Assembly (NCBI GenBank): GCA_965221165.1
Contig: CBDCRP010000003.1
Coordinates: forward strand, 128,001 to 192,000
Direction: 5' to 3'
Source: a bacterium
GTDB lineage: Bacteria > UBA8248
Length of the DNA: 64,000 bases
Made by a program: the position numbers and the translations under genes. How positions within the stretch are numbered: the first letter of the stretch is position 1; every line of letters starts with the position of its first letter. Positions 11,359 through 20,159 of this stretch are shown in pieces. The notes under the pieces are model-generated. The model searched no databases. It was not told where the DNA came from and saw only the letters and a list, made by a program, of their open reading frames with translations.

Positions 11359-11913
11359 TCAAACTCGTCGTTTGGATTGCTTTATTTTTTTGGACATATC
11401 GTCGAAATCGATGACGCTGATGTCGCAATGGTAAGAACATGTCGGGCACGTATCGACGCTCTCGCACGAGCGGCGAAACTGATGGAATTTCTCCAGGATT
11501 TCCTGATTGCCGTGCTCTTCGAAAAAGCGCAGCAGATCGAGAAGCCTGTCTATGGAGTTCCCGCTCACGTAGTGCTCCATCACGCAGGCGTCGACAAAGG
11601 CTTGCTCTTCTTCCACTCCCAAAACGTCTGTGAGGAAGTGCATTAAAATAGAGAATTTGCCCGACACGCCTTTCGCCCGTTTTGCGCCTTCTTCCGTCAA
11701 GAGTATGCTTTCGTACACACGGTGAGACACTAGTCCATTCGAACGAAGCGTTTTTACAGCCGCTGAAACAGCCGGTTTCGCCACACCCAGCATGGAGGCG
11801 ATGTCCGTCACGCGCGCATAACCCTTGCTCTCCTGAAGTTCGAATATGGCGCGCAGATAATGCTCCAGGCTCGGCGAGAGGGAACCGGGGGAATGTTGTG
11901 GCTGTGGAGTCAT
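11359..11913 (-). CDS. DtxR/MntR-family metal-dependent transcriptional regulator with Cys-rich C-terminus
   Basis: LEHYLRAI, wHTH ARVTDIASMLGVAKPAV, DACVMEH metal site; tail CESVDTCPTCSYHC. Confidence 0.9.
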   Translation of the reverse strand: MTPQPQHSPGSLSPSLEHYLRAIFELQESKGYARVTDIASMLGVAKPAVSAAVKTLRSNGLVSHRVYESILLTEEGAKRAKGVSGKFSILMHFLTDVLGVEEEQAFVDACVMEHYVSGNSIDRLLDLLRFFEEHGNQEILEKFHQFRRSCESVDTCPTCSYHCDISVIDFDDMSKKIKQSKRRV

Positions 11914-11945
11914 GGAATAAATCCCCTTTGGAATTGAAGGTCCTG

Positions 11946-11986
11946 ATTGTTAAAACAAGACAATAAAGTTAAGTTCAATTAACAAT
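11946..11986. promoter_or_regulatory. Candidate operator upstream of dtxR-fbpABC
   Basis: ATTGTTAA (11946-53) / TTAACAAT (11979-86) inverted repeat plus GTTAA-N6-TTAAC (11968-83); minus-strand TTGACA at 12012-12007. Confidence 0.45.
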
Positions 11987-12093
11987 GTTGCCTATACTTT
12001 CACGTTTGTCAAGAGGTAAACAAGAAATTTTTCGAATCACGATGCGGATAATCAAGGAAGGGGTAAAACAATTTGCAAATCCTACTATCCCGA

Positions 12094-13029
12094 TTACTGA
12101 AAAAAAGGCTGAATAGCGCCCCTGGCGCCCGCCCATTGTCCTAATTCGCCCCCAAATACTTTTGATGAGCGACTCGCCTGCTCGAAAGAATTCTCCTCCC
12201 AGGCTTTCTGGGCGCTCGGGAGGAAATGCTCTTTCGCGTTCATCAGTCCTCCCGCGAGAACGATGCATTCGGGATTCAGCAAGTTCATGATGTTGGCGAT
12301 TCCGACGCCAAGCGCATAGCCGGAATTTTCCCAGATTGATTTCGCCTCATGGTCGCCGGAGCCGGCAAGTTCGGCCAAGGAGAGAGGCGATATCTCATCA
12401 GCCGACGCAACAGCGGAACCTGGATGCCGCGCCGCATAAGCCTTCGCATCTCTTTCCAGGGCCCAGCCCGAGAAGCAGGCCTCCAGGCATCCTCGAGAGC
12501 CGCAAGTGCATGGCTTACCGTTTTTTTCGATTACCATATGGCCGATTTCTCCCGCCATCCCGGATACGCCACCCCAGATCTCTCCATTCTGAATGAAACC
12601 TCCACCGATGCCGGTGCCCAGTGTGATGATGAACATGCTCTCATATCCTACGCCCGCGCCTGCGAAATACTCTCCCAGCGCAGCGGCATTCGCATCGTTC
12701 ATCATATGGATCGGGACAGGGGAGAAGGCATCTTCCAGCATGCCTAAAAGGCGAACCCCGCTTAGAGCGGGCAGGTTGGGGGAGTCAACGATTCTTCCGG
12801 CATCCGAATCCAGAACACCCGCAACGGCGACGCCGACGCCTCTTGGACTTTTATTTGAAGAGAGGGATTTTGCCGCATCCTTGAACAAATCGAGGTAATC
12901 TTCCGCCTTCCGGCACCGTTTTGTATCCAGAGAACAACGTTCTTGCAATTCTCCATCCAGGCCGAAAGACGACGCCTTGAGAAAGGAGCCTCCAAGATCA
13001 AAACCAACATAGACTTCGCTGCCGGGCAA
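12094..13029 (-). CDS. ROK family sugar kinase (glucokinase-like)
   Basis: DLGGS, NDANAAALGE, TLGTGIGGG, GEIGH, CTCGSRGCLE; no N-terminal HTH; TTG start. Confidence 0.92.
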   Translation of the reverse strand: MPGSEVYVGFDLGGSFLKASSFGLDGELQERCSLDTKRCRKAEDYLDLFKDAAKSLSSNKSPRGVGVAVAGVLDSDAGRIVDSPNLPALSGVRLLGMLEDAFSPVPIHMMNDANAAALGEYFAGAGVGYESMFIITLGTGIGGGFIQNGEIWGGVSGMAGEIGHMVIEKNGKPCTCGSRGCLEACFSGWALERDAKAYAARHPGSAVASADEISPLSLAELAGSGDHEAKSIWENSGYALGVGIANIMNLLNPECIVLAGGLMNAKEHFLPSAQKAWEENSFEQASRSSKVFGGELGQWAGARGAIQPFFQ

Positions 13030-13121
13030 TGGTCAAAACCTCGGTTCAGTCGAATCGTTTCTTTTTTATCTTCTATCCAAGGGTGTTCCGCAAAGAGAAT
13101 GAAAATCTAAACAGTGCCGTA

Positions 13122-13892
13122 TTATTCGTAGGCCCGATTAGTGGAGTCGATTACCTTGGCGAGGCGGTCATATCCATCATCAGTGGAAACCCTTGAAGCC
13201 CGACCGTTGAATTCGACTTTTGCAAAATAGCTTTCCGCATCCGAAAGGGTGTCGTCCGTGTCTATCATCAATGCAATGCCATCAACTTTCGGGGCCTCGG
13301 AACCAAATACTCTTCGATAATCATCCATCACGTTGCGTTTCTCGGTTATCCATTTATCGAGGTCATCCATGCCGCTTCTGACGACGATATAATGAACCAT
13401 TGGATTCTTCCGGCTTTTGAGAATCGAACCCTCGGGCGCGCTCGTTTCCCAGACATACCCGATCAATTGGCTGTTGATGAAACTGGGAAATCGAGGGAAT
13501 ATGACATAAACACCGGCCGCCTGATCATCGGATTCGCCATTTCGTGCATCCGCGCCTTCGGGGAGTTTCGTCACTTTCCATTTCCATGAGAGAAAAGGAA
13601 ACTTCTTGAGGTCCAGCTTCACTTCCCTATGGATCGAAACGGACGCCTTTTCGCTTCTCATCCGAAGTACTTTCGCGTCCCTGTTTTCCTCCCGAACCAG
13701 TCGAATGTCGGCCTTTCCATGCCATACCTTGAGCGCCCAACCTTTTGGTAACTTACCGGATTTTTGGGGCGTTGGGTTGAAGGTGAAGTCCGTCAGGATG
13801 ACTTTCTTCTTTTGGGCGAGAGCCGGAATTGGACTTTGCAGGGCCACAAAGATCGCCAGCATGGCGAGAATGGCCACATGGACATGCCTCAT
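13122..13892 (-). CDS. DUF3047 domain-containing exported protein
   Basis: Signal peptide; LSWKWKV, DD.AA..YV.F, W..EKRNV..DY...FG, MIDTDDT motifs. Confidence 0.8.
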   Translation of the reverse strand: MRHVHVAILAMLAIFVALQSPIPALAQKKKVILTDFTFNPTPQKSGKLPKGWALKVWHGKADIRLVREENRDAKVLRMRSEKASVSIHREVKLDLKKFPFLSWKWKVTKLPEGADARNGESDDQAAGVYVIFPRFPSFINSQLIGYVWETSAPEGSILKSRKNPMVHYIVVRSGMDDLDKWITEKRNVMDDYRRVFGSEAPKVDGIALMIDTDDTLSDAESYFAKVEFNGRASRVSTDDGYDRLAKVIDSTNRAYE

Positions 13893-13971
13893 AACACGAT
13901 ATCCTATGGATTTCTCGTCGGTTGGGCGATCCGTGTAGTCACGGGTAACCGATGAGATTCAAAGGCCAATC

Positions 13972-15321
13972 TTAATTCACCAACAAAATCATCAAATCCA
14001 TCACGTTGGTTCCGCTCGGCCCGGTGAATACACACGCGCGCCGTTTGCGGAAAAAATTGTAACTATCATTATTACGCAAAAAAGCGTTCGGGTCAAGTCC
14101 TTGATTTTGGCTCGTTTTTGCGGTTCTTCCGTCGACTATCGCGCCCGCGGCTTCCGTGGGGCCGTCTCTCCCATCGGTGCCCGCGGCGAGAAGACAGACA
14201 TTTTCGCAACCACGAATTTCTATGGCGAAAGAAAGAGCGAGTTCCTGACACCTGCCGCCCAAGCCGTCTCCCAATACTTGCACCGTTGTTTCTCCGCCAT
14301 ACAGCAGGCATTTCGGCGAGTGTATTTTGCGAGAATCGCCCAGAATCCTCTTCGCGTCTTCCGCGATGGATTTACCTGCCTGCCTGGCTTCGCCGCTGAG
14401 TGAAGCGGTTCGCATCTCGACAATGTAACCCTTTGATTTTGCTTTATTATATGCCGCCTGTAGGGCGATCTTGTTGTTCGCTACGACATGGTGGTTCACA
14501 CGTCTGAAAATCTTGTCCCCAGGAGCAGGGGTCTCCGGAATCTCGTGTTTGCAACCAGCCTCTATCCTTTTTCGGATTGTTTCAGGCGCCTCACGGAACA
14601 CGCCATAGCGCCGCAAATACGCTTTTGCCTCAGCGAATGTGGATGAATCGCCGGCAGCAGGACCCGAGCCAATGACGTCAAGGGGATCGCCAATCACATC
14701 AGAAACCAAAAGAACATTCATGCGAGCCGGAAAAACTTTTCTAGCCAAATTCCCGCCCTTTACACCGGATAAATGCTTCCGCACACAATTGAGAGCCTCT
14801 ATGGGAGCGCCTGCTCTTAGCAATGAAGTCGTGACGGATTGTTTGTCCGCAAGAGAAATCCCGGGCGCGGGCGCGGGCATAAGAGCGGAGCCACCGCCAG
14901 AGAGCAGAAATATCACCATATCCTCCTTGCGGGCGGCGGCGGCCCATTTTTCTATTTTTCGGGAGGCTTCCACGCCGGATATATCGGGAACGGGGTGGGC
15001 GGCTTCGAGAATTTCGACATGCCTGCATCTTTCCGCATGGCCATACCGGGTGACGACGACGCCACCCGCAATCCGATGTCCGAGGCGTCGCTCAAGCGCG
15101 CGCGCCATTTGAGAACTTGCTTTTCCCGCCCCCAGAACGATAATTCGCTCCGTTTCGTCGAGGGAAATTCTTTGCTTGCCGCAAACGAGAAACTCCTGTC
15201 CACATTCCTTCTCTATTTCCACATGTCGGCGAACAGCCTCACCGGCATGAACGGCATCGAGCCCGGCCCGGAAAATAGAGCGCGCCTCTCTCTTGAGGGA
15301 TCTTGGGCTCGTCGATTTCAT
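13972..15321 (-). CDS. Glycerate 2-kinase (DUF4147/MOFRL family)
   Basis: GAGKAS, LLSGGGSAL, VRKHLSGVKGG, GGETTV, GTDGRDG, TNVMD; start taken at ATG 15321. Confidence 0.92.
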   Translation of the reverse strand: MKSTSPRSLKREARSIFRAGLDAVHAGEAVRRHVEIEKECGQEFLVCGKQRISLDETERIIVLGAGKASSQMARALERRLGHRIAGGVVVTRYGHAERCRHVEILEAAHPVPDISGVEASRKIEKWAAAARKEDMVIFLLSGGGSALMPAPAPGISLADKQSVTTSLLRAGAPIEALNCVRKHLSGVKGGNLARKVFPARMNVLLVSDVIGDPLDVIGSGPAAGDSSTFAEAKAYLRRYGVFREAPETIRKRIEAGCKHEIPETPAPGDKIFRRVNHHVVANNKIALQAAYNKAKSKGYIVEMRTASLSGEARQAGKSIAEDAKRILGDSRKIHSPKCLLYGGETTVQVLGDGLGGRCQELALSFAIEIRGCENVCLLAAGTDGRDGPTEAAGAIVDGRTAKTSQNQGLDPNAFLRNNDSYNFFRKRRACVFTGPSGTNVMDLMILLVN

Positions 15322-15449
15322 ATCGGCGTTTCGTCTCATCGGGAAGCGGGATAAAACATGGCCGGCGCATCGCCCTTTCCGTTCATTCCATGTACTCTTG
15401 ATTCTACATGAATTCAGATGTTCTTTCCTGAAAGAGGAACGAAGGAGAA

Positions 15450-16457
15450 GTGGTGGCAAGCGTCGGAATTATAGCAAACCCGCAATCAGGTAAAGACATC
15501 CGGAGACTGGTGGCGCTGGCAAGTTCTTTCAGCAACAACGAAAAGGTTTTGATGCTTCGCCGCGTGATGGCGGGTCTTGTCGCAATGGGCCTGGACAAGA
15601 TATTGATGTTCAACGATCTCGGCTCTTTAGGCGCCGCCGCAATAGATGGCTTTCAACACGACAACAAAACCTCGAACGCAGAACTCTTTGAAGCGGATGC
15701 CAGGGGAGAAACGGCTGACTCCACCAAAGCGGCTCACAAACTCAACGAACTCGGCGTTCGATGCATTGTTGTTCTGGGAGGCGACGGCACTTGTCGCGCC
15801 GTCGCCAAAGGGTGCGGAAAAACTCCCCTGATCCCCTTGTCAACCGGAACGAACAATGCCTTTCCCTTTTCATGGGAGGGGACCGTGGCCGGCATGGCCG
15901 CGGGTTTGTATGCGCTTCATCCCAGAGTCTATGGAAGCGAGAAAAAAGCGACGAAGCAGCTTCATGTGAACCTGAATGGTGACTCCGAAAGCGCATTGGT
16001 GGATATCGCCATCACCAAGGAATCGTTCTCCGGGGCGCGTGCAATCTGGGATGTAGGGCGAGTGGATTCACTCGCCTTGACGAGGAGTGAACCCGGGCGT
16101 TTGGGACTTTCTTCATTGGGCGCAAGTTTGCGGCCGATCGAACCATGCGAGCCCGTGGGACTGTGGTTGAAGCTCGGAGTGAATAACAAAACCAAACGCC
16201 TTCTCCTCTCTCCTGTGGGACCCGGGCAGGTTGCTTCTGCGCTCGTGGAGGAACACAAGATAGTCAAAGTAGGTGAAAGCATTCACTACCAGGCGCCCGC
16301 AGACAGGGTGCTGGCTTTTGATGGAGAGAGAGAACACGTATTGAGCAAGGGGGAGGACATAGAAATATCGTTGCGACTCGATGGGCCTGCGATATTGAAT
16401 GTTCCCGCCATTTTGAAGAAAGCGGCCATCCGCGGCGATCTGCGAACGAAGAATTGA
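15450..16457 (+). CDS. ATP-NAD kinase-like / AcoX family protein
   Basis: GIIANPQSGKDIRRLVA, LGGDGT, STGTNNAFP, FDGERE motifs. Confidence 0.85.
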   Translation: MVASVGIIANPQSGKDIRRLVALASSFSNNEKVLMLRRVMAGLVAMGLDKILMFNDLGSLGAAAIDGFQHDNKTSNAELFEADARGETADSTKAAHKLNELGVRCIVVLGGDGTCRAVAKGCGKTPLIPLSTGTNNAFPFSWEGTVAGMAAGLYALHPRVYGSEKKATKQLHVNLNGDSESALVDIAITKESFSGARAIWDVGRVDSLALTRSEPGRLGLSSLGASLRPIEPCEPVGLWLKLGVNNKTKRLLLSPVGPGQVASALVEEHKIVKVGESIHYQAPADRVLAFDGEREHVLSKGEDIEISLRLDGPAILNVPAILKKAAIRGDLRTKN

Positions 16458-16511
16458 TGGCATTGGCGTTCCCGCCATTCCTGCGAGAGGGAGAAATGTA
16501 TTCGAATATAG

Positions 16512-16540
16512 TTGACAAAAAAGGGCCAAGTGATTATCTT
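16512..16540 (+). promoter_or_regulatory. Sigma70-type promoter
   Basis: TTGACA (16512-17) - 17 nt - TATCTT (16535-40). Confidence 0.6.
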
Positions 16541-16567
16541 AACGTGGCACTCAGCATCGTCGAGTGC

Positions 16568-16580
16568 CAAGGTATTGATA
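16568..16580 (-). promoter_or_regulatory. IHF consensus site
   Basis: Minus strand reads TATCAATACCTTG, matching WATCAANNNNTTR, next to an AT-rich tract. Confidence 0.5.
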
Positions 16581-16608
16581 AATAATGAATTTAACTGTTT
16601 ATCCCGTT

Positions 16609-16635
16609 CATCCCTGAAGTTCTCGGGATGTTTTT
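16609..16635 (+). terminator. Terminator-like hairpin in the leader of the ABC operon
   Basis: CATCCC...GGGATG followed by TTTTT. Confidence 0.5.
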
Positions 16636-16731
16636 AAACACACAACGCCTCGGTCAACTTGATAGTTCAGGAGAGAAGAACGGCTTGGACGCCAGCGAAC
16701 AATTCGCATAGATTTTTTAAGGAGTTCTAAG

Positions 16732-17697
16732 TTGATACGAGTTGAAAACCTCACAAAATACTATGGCAATCTTCGGGGAGTGAAGGATATATCCTTCCGG
16801 GTCGAAGAGGGAGAGGTGCTGGGATTCCTCGGCCCCAACGGCGCCGGCAAATCCACGACCATGCGCATTTTGACGGGTTACATGCCGCCCAGTTCCGGCT
16901 CGGCCTGGGTGGCAAACATCAATGTTTCAGAATCGCCACTGGAAGCGCAGAAGAATTTGGGGTACCTCCCGGAAAATAACCCGCTGTACGGAGATATGAC
17001 TGCAAGAGCTTATTTGAATTTCGTAGCGTCCATGAAAGGCATGAGCGGTGCGGAGAAAGAAGCCGGCATCCAAAGGGTAATCGGCAGTTGCGGGCTTGAG
17101 GATGTCGCCAACCGCCTCATCGGCAATCTCTCGAAAGGATATCGCCAACGCGTCGGTTTGGCGCAAGCAATGGTGAACGACCCGCCTGTGCTGATTCTCG
17201 ATGAGCCCACTTCAGGTCTCGACCCGGCGCAGATCGTGGAAATCCGGAATTTGATTTCAGAACTCAAGGGCAATCGCACCCTCATCCTGAGCACACACAT
17301 TTTGCCCGAAGTGAATATGGTCTGTGACCGTGTCGTCATTATCCATCACGGCGTGGTAGCGGCCGAGGGTGCGCTCGATACGCTGGCGGCGAGCGCACAG
17401 GCGGATTCGACCATACGCGTTTCGGCAATCGGAGGCGTTGGAACTTTATCCGACAAAATGAAAACGGTATCGGGTGTTGAGCGCGTAGAACTGCTCGGCA
17501 CATCAACGGGAGAAGAGGCGCATTTCGAGGTGCACGCAAAAGGCGGCGATGACATTCGCTCCGATCTGGCCGCCGCCGTATACGCGGCGGAAGGAAAACT
17601 CACTGAAATTCGGCAGGTAAGGCTAACGCTGGAAGACCTTTTCGTTCGTATCGTCAGCGGGGAGCAAAAACACGATGAGGAAACTGTAAATGCGTAA
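16732..17697 (+). CDS. ABC transporter ATP-binding protein (GldA-like)
   Basis: GPNGAGKS, LSKGYRQRVG, ILDEPT, LSTHIL; TTG start after AAGGAG. Confidence 0.92.
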   Translation: MIRVENLTKYYGNLRGVKDISFRVEEGEVLGFLGPNGAGKSTTMRILTGYMPPSSGSAWVANINVSESPLEAQKNLGYLPENNPLYGDMTARAYLNFVASMKGMSGAEKEAGIQRVIGSCGLEDVANRLIGNLSKGYRQRVGLAQAMVNDPPVLILDEPTSGLDPAQIVEIRNLISELKGNRTLILSTHILPEVNMVCDRVVIIHHGVVAAEGALDTLAASAQADSTIRVSAIGGVGTLSDKMKTVSGVERVELLGTSTGEEAHFEVHAKGGDDIRSDLAAAVYAAEGKLTEIRQVRLTLEDLFVRIVSGEQKHDEETVNA

Positions 17698-18466
17698 CAC
17701 TTTTTGGATATGCCGGCGAGAACTCGCCTCGTTTTTCTTCTCGCCCATCGCGTACGTGATCCTCGCGGCATGGACGGTACTGACGGGCATATTCTATTCC
17801 GGCGCATTTCTCACCTATGCCGCCGTTTCCATGCAGTTGGCCAGAAACCCCCAAGCCGCAGCGCAATACAACATCACGCCAACTTCGTCCGTTCTTGAGC
17901 CGGTATTCTCCAGCGTCACCGTCATCCTCTTGTTCGTCGCGCCATTGCTGACGATGCGTCTGTTCAGCGAAGAGAAAAAGCAGGGCACGATGGAGTTGAT
18001 GCTCACTTTTCCGCTGCGCAACGGGCAAATGTTTGCCGGCAAATACCTTTCCGTTTTATCTATCTACCTGGTCATGCTGGCAATTACTCTCGTCTATCCG
18101 ATCATCCTGAGCGCTTTCGTCAAAGTGGAGTGGACCATCGTCTCCTCCGCCTATCTCGGAATACTATTGACGGGCATGGCGTTCCTTTCCGTTGGCCTTT
18201 TGGCCAGTTCCTGGACGTCGAATCAAATCGTCGCGGCCATGGTTGCCTTTATGGTGCTTCTCGCGACTTTCCTCATGGATTTTCTCGCGGCATCGGCCAG
18301 TGCCCCTGTGGCCTCGATTCTCAGGCATCTTTCATTCGGAATGCACTTGCGAAATTCCATCCGGGGCATCATCGATACGCGCGACATCATCTATCTCGTC
18401 AACATCAACATATTATGTGGTTTTCTGGTGCTCAGATCTCTTGAATACTACAGGTGGAGAGGGTAG
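17690..18466 (+). CDS. ABC-2 type permease (GldF-like)
   Basis: F.SPIAYV, PLLTMRLFSEEKKQGT.ELM, six TM segments. Confidence 0.9.
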   Translation: MRNTFWICRRELASFFFSPIAYVILAAWTVLTGIFYSGAFLTYAAVSMQLARNPQAAAQYNITPTSSVLEPVFSSVTVILLFVAPLLTMRLFSEEKKQGTMELMLTFPLRNGQMFAGKYLSVLSIYLVMLAITLVYPIILSAFVKVEWTIVSSAYLGILLTGMAFLSVGLLASSWTSNQIVAAMVAFMVLLATFLMDFLAASASAPVASILRHLSFGMHLRNSIRGIIDTRDIIYLVNINILCGFLVLRSLEYYRWRG

Positions 18467-18470
18467 GGAC

Positions 18471-20159
18471 TTGGAAAACAGAAATCTGTACTTGTTCATC
18501 GCCTCCGCCGCCTTATTGCTGATTGGCATCTCCGGCTGGGCCGGTCATGATCAATTCTCCGCCCCTCCGAAATGGGCTTACGCCACCATTGCCCTGGGGA
18601 TAGTTTGCTTTGTGTATACGGCATGGATTTCGCGGCGCGAACTTCAAGGCGGCATGCGGCTCCGATCCACGCGAACGGGTATACAAGTCGTCCTGATGGT
18701 CATCGTGGTGACAGCCATTTTGGTGGTCGTTGAACTCGTGAGCGTGAAACACTTCAAGCGTTGGGACATCACTCCAGGAAATTTCTTCAGCCTGTCCGCG
18801 AAAACCACAAATCTGTTAAGCAAACTCGATAGAGAAAAAAGGCGGATCGAGATCATCACTTTTGCCCGCAAGCTGGAACAACCTGCGGTAACGGAAATTT
18901 TGGAACAATATACCCGGGCATCGAAACAAGTCACTTTCCGCTTCCTGGACCTGGACGCCTCTCCACGAACAGCACGAAAATATGATGTAGACGCCTATGG
19001 CACATTGGTCGTGATTCATCATTTCAATAAAAAAGAAATCGAGAAACAGAACAAACCGAATTCCGCGGACAAAGAGAAGAAAAAGACGTTCCGCTCGGAG
19101 AAGATATTCAATCTTTCAGAAAACGCGATCGCCAATGCGATACTGAAAACCATTCAAACCGAACAAAAACACGTATATTATCTCACGGGCCATGGGGAGC
19201 GGCTTTTCTCCGGTCAAGGACGTGAGGTGATGAAGACGCTCGCCATCGGCATGAGGGATGACAACTACCAGGTGGATGAGCTTCTTTTGTTGAGAAAAAA
19301 AGGCGTACCTGAAAATACCAGCATGTTGATTATCGCGGCGCCCCAAAAAGAGCTGGAAGAAGTTGAAATCAAGTATATCGATGCTTACATCAAATCCGGC
19401 GGAAAGCTTCTTGTTTTCCTGGAACCTGAAACGAAATCGGAACGCCTGACCGCGCTCCTGGAAAGATATGGTTTCAAACTCCCTCCATCTTTTGTCATCG
19501 ATCCCGAATCGGTGCGCTTCGCCCTGGCGGGTGGAAATATAGTCACCCCGTTTGCGGTGAACTATGGGTTGCACGACATCACCAAGCAATTAAAGGGCTT
19601 GGCCACTGTATTCCCGACCGCAAGACATGTGTCCGCTACGAGCATGCCCAAGGCGGGACTGCACTCCGAGGATTTGGTGAAAACGGGAGCGGGAAGTTAT
19701 ACCGTCGAGAGCGTAACCCTCCAGAACGGTGAACTCTCCTTCGATCCCAAGACCCAAAAAGAAGGGCCCGTCCCGATTGGGGCTGCCGTCACCGTCACCC
19801 TGGATCTCTACAAACTCGCCCAGGGGCAGGGGTCTCAAGACGACGCGAAAACACCCGCGGCCGGGAAGAAAAATGAAAAGAACAACGAGGCCCGAATCGT
19901 CGTTTTCGGTGATGCTGATTTTGCGAGTGATGCTTTCATCGGCGCACAAGGCAATGCGAATCTCGCCTACAACACCGTAAACTGGCTCGGCGGCGAGAAA
20001 GACCTGATCACCATCCGCCCCAAAAGCCGTACGGGCGAACCCCTCGTATTGGCCGGGGGTGAGGGCAGGTTCGTTCACTTGTTCACCGTCTGGATGATGC
20101 CCTTGTTCATCATTCTCATCGGAGCCGCCGTCTACGTCCGGAGAAGGCAACTGCGGTGA
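18471..20159 (+). CDS. GldG-family ABC auxiliary component
   Basis: WDIT...FSLS.KT, YLTGHGE, GGKLLV, VVFGDADF, N.VNWL; TTG start re-assigned at 18471. Confidence 0.88.
   Translation: MENRNLYLFIASAALLLIGISGWAGHDQFSAPPKWAYATIALGIVCFVYTAWISRRELQGGMRLRSTRTGIQVVLMVIVVTAILVVVELVSVKHFKRWDITPGNFFSLSAKTTNLLSKLDREKRRIEIITFARKLEQPAVTEILEQYTRASKQVTFRFLDLDASPRTARKYDVDAYGTLVVIHHFNKKEIEKQNKPNSADKEKKKTFRSEKIFNLSENAIANAILKTIQTEQKHVYYLTGHGERLFSGQGREVMKTLAIGMRDDNYQVDELLLLRKKGVPENTSMLIIAAPQKELEEVEIKYIDAYIKSGGKLLVFLEPETKSERLTALLERYGFKLPPSFVIDPESVRFALAGGNIVTPFAVNYGLHDITKQLKGLATVFPTARHVSATSMPKAGLHSEDLVKTGAGSYTVESVTLQNGELSFDPKTQKEGPVPIGAAVTVTLDLYKLAQGQGSQDDAKTPAAGKKNEKNNEARIVVFGDADFASDAFIGAQGNANLAYNTVNWLGGEKDLITIRPKSRTGEPLVLAGGEGRFVHLFTVWMMPLFIILIGAAVYVRRRQLR

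Noticed and set aside
11264-11467. N-terminal extensions in the ORF track (fbpA here; likewise gldG, apt, tsaE, glycerate kinase, lptB)
   Set aside because: They overlap neighbouring genes or lack an RBS; downstream starts fit family lengths better.
16545-16570. Sigma-54 promoter (TGGCAC on both strands)
   Set aside because: The GG-N10-GC spacing is not met on either strand; better explained as a hairpin.
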